Shown here one piece after another: positions 15,692 through 16,814 of a DNA stretch of 16,814 nt (position 1 is the stretch's first letter; each line of letters starts with the position of its first letter). Origin of the DNA: Candidatus Hermodarchaeota archaeon (GTDB lineage: Archaea > Asgardarchaeota > Hermodarchaeia > Hermodarchaeales > Hermodarchaeaceae); assembly GCA_016840065.1 (NCBI GenBank), contig JAEOTB010000056.1:1-16814 (forward strand). Reading direction: 5' to 3'. A program made the position numbers and the translations under genes. The notes below the pieces were generated by a model, which saw nothing but the letters and a program-made list of their open reading frames with translations, had not been told where the DNA came from and made no database searches.

Positions 15692-16814
15692 GTGAAAGTC
15701 GAGAAGCGGGATGGACGAATTGTCCCATTTGATAAATCCAAGATACACAGGGCCATCGAAAAGGCCTTCGAATCCTGCGACCAAGACACTGGTGGAGTAG
15801 CAGGCGTAGTCGACATCGTTATGGAAGAAGTCACAAGCCAAGGAAAGGAAACCTGGCACATAGAGGAACTCCAAGACATCGTCGAAGACTCCCTAATGAC
15901 CGCAGGCTACACCGACGTGGCCAGAAGCTACATCAAATACCGCCAACACCGGCACCAGCTCCGCCAACTCCGAGACCTCCTCGGCGTCACCGACGACCTC
16001 AAACTAGGTATAAACGCAGCCACCCTCCTCAACCGCCGATACCTCCTCAAAGACGGTGAAGGAAACGTTACAGAAACACCCTCCCAGCTTTTCCGACGTG
16101 TCGCCAAAGCCGTAGCCAAGGTCGAACGTCATTACGATCGACGCTCCAATGGAACCGAAGTGGAAGACCTCTTCTACCACATGATGGTCAACCTGGAATT
16201 CTTACCAAATTCACCAACGCTCTTCAGCGCAGGAACTGAACTAGGACAACTTTCAGCTTGTTTCGTAATCCCCATCGAAGATAGCCTCGACTCAATCTTC
16301 CAAGCAGTCTGGCAAATGGCTAAAGTCCAGAAAAGCGGAGGCGGCACAGGATTCTCCTTCTCCAGGCTCCGCCCCAAGGACGCACCAGTAGGCACCACCG
16401 GTGGCGTCGCAAGCGGACCAGTCTCATTCATGCGAATATTCGACACCGCAACAGACGTAATAAAACAAGGTGGATGTCTTTCAGTTGAAACGCTAGTACA
16501 GACAAATATGGGGCTCCGAAGATTAGGGGCACTTGTCAACTGCAAGCTTGGTGACGAAGGTCCTCTACGCGAAGTTGTTCAAACTCGTGATGATTTCCAA
16601 CAAGCCTTCTTGGCAGCAAATAACGGGTTGACAGAGGTCTACCGCATAAAAACGCACCTAGGATATTCTTTAGATGCTACGTATAATCACAAGATTCGTG
16701 TTGTCACCGAGAATGGCATTGAATGGAAAGCTGTGAAAGATTTAGTGAAGGGCGATTGGTTAGTAATCAAACGTGGAGGGTATCACGGAATAGACTCCTC
16801 ACTACCACCTTGTC
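15692..16814 (+). CDS. nrdJ: Ribonucleotide reductase, probably adenosylcobalamin-dependent class II, with N-terminal ATP cone; intein-containing, 3' partial
   Basis: Hand translation from GTG 15692: ATP cone (VEKRDGRIVPFDKSKI...IEELQDIVEDSLM...VARSYIKYR), then RRYLLKD, ETPSQLFRRVA, FLPNSPTL, QLSACFVIP (redox Cys), SGGGTGFSFSRLRP, SGPVSFMRIFD and VIKQGG. Alternative start GTG 15656. Class II is inferred from motif style; the B12-binding region is outside the window. Confidence 0.88.
   Translation, partial: MKVEKRDGRIVPFDKSKIHRAIEKAFESCDQDTGGVAGVVDIVMEEVTSQGKETWHIEELQDIVEDSLMTAGYTDVARSYIKYRQHRHQLRQLRDLLGVTDDLKLGINAATLLNRRYLLKDGEGNVTETPSQLFRRVAKAVAKVERHYDRRSNGTEVEDLFYHMMVNLEFLPNSPTLFSAGTELGQLSACFVIPIEDSLDSIFQAVWQMAKVQKSGGGTGFSFSRLRPKDAPVGTTGGVASGPVSFMRIFDTATDVIKQGGCLSVETLVQTNMGLRRLGALVNCKLGDEGPLREVVQTRDDFQQAFLAANNGLTEVYRIKTHLGYSLDATYNHKIRVVTENGIEWKAVKDLVKGDWLVIKRGGYHGIDSSLPPC
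16475..16814 (+). mobile_element. Intein (N-terminal splicing region) inserted in the RNR after VIKQGG, 3' partial
   Basis: Where TRRGA/xRRGA is expected, the frame continues CLSVETLVQTNMG (block A, Cys1), then VYRIKTHLGYSLDATYNHKIRV (block B TxxH) and WKAVKDLVKGDWL. Confidence 0.9.

Noticed and set aside
15593-16545. Four minus-strand ORFs listed in the track
   Set aside because: They are antisense shadows of the plus-strand RNR gene.

Overview
A gene-dense window that looks archaeal: GGTGA/GAGGTG ribosome-binding sites, BRE-TATA-like promoters, and a V4R, TPR and beta-propeller gene content. An Asgard-like or Bathyarchaeia-like source is plausible, but that is inference. In order it holds: a 5'-truncated double-length UvrA with four ABC ATPase domains, directly followed by a QW-repeat alpha/alpha-barrel gene; a poly-Fe-S protein; a PQQ-like propeller with a Zn ribbon; a SAM methyltransferase; a V4R protein; three tandem DUF6935-like paralogs; an alkaline phosphatase; a CPBP protease; a DUF3795-like Cys protein; a TPR protein; and the start of a probable class II ribonucleotide reductase (ATP cone) interrupted by an intein. 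Two genes are missing from the supplied ORF track: the RNR/intein, and a 56-aa minus-strand ORF (13067-13237) that reads as a divergent short histone-fold protein. Other highlights are complementary domain loss between the two fused UvrA halves and a long, apparently structured 5' leader upstream of the RNR gene. All family calls come from motifs recognised by eye; no database search was run.
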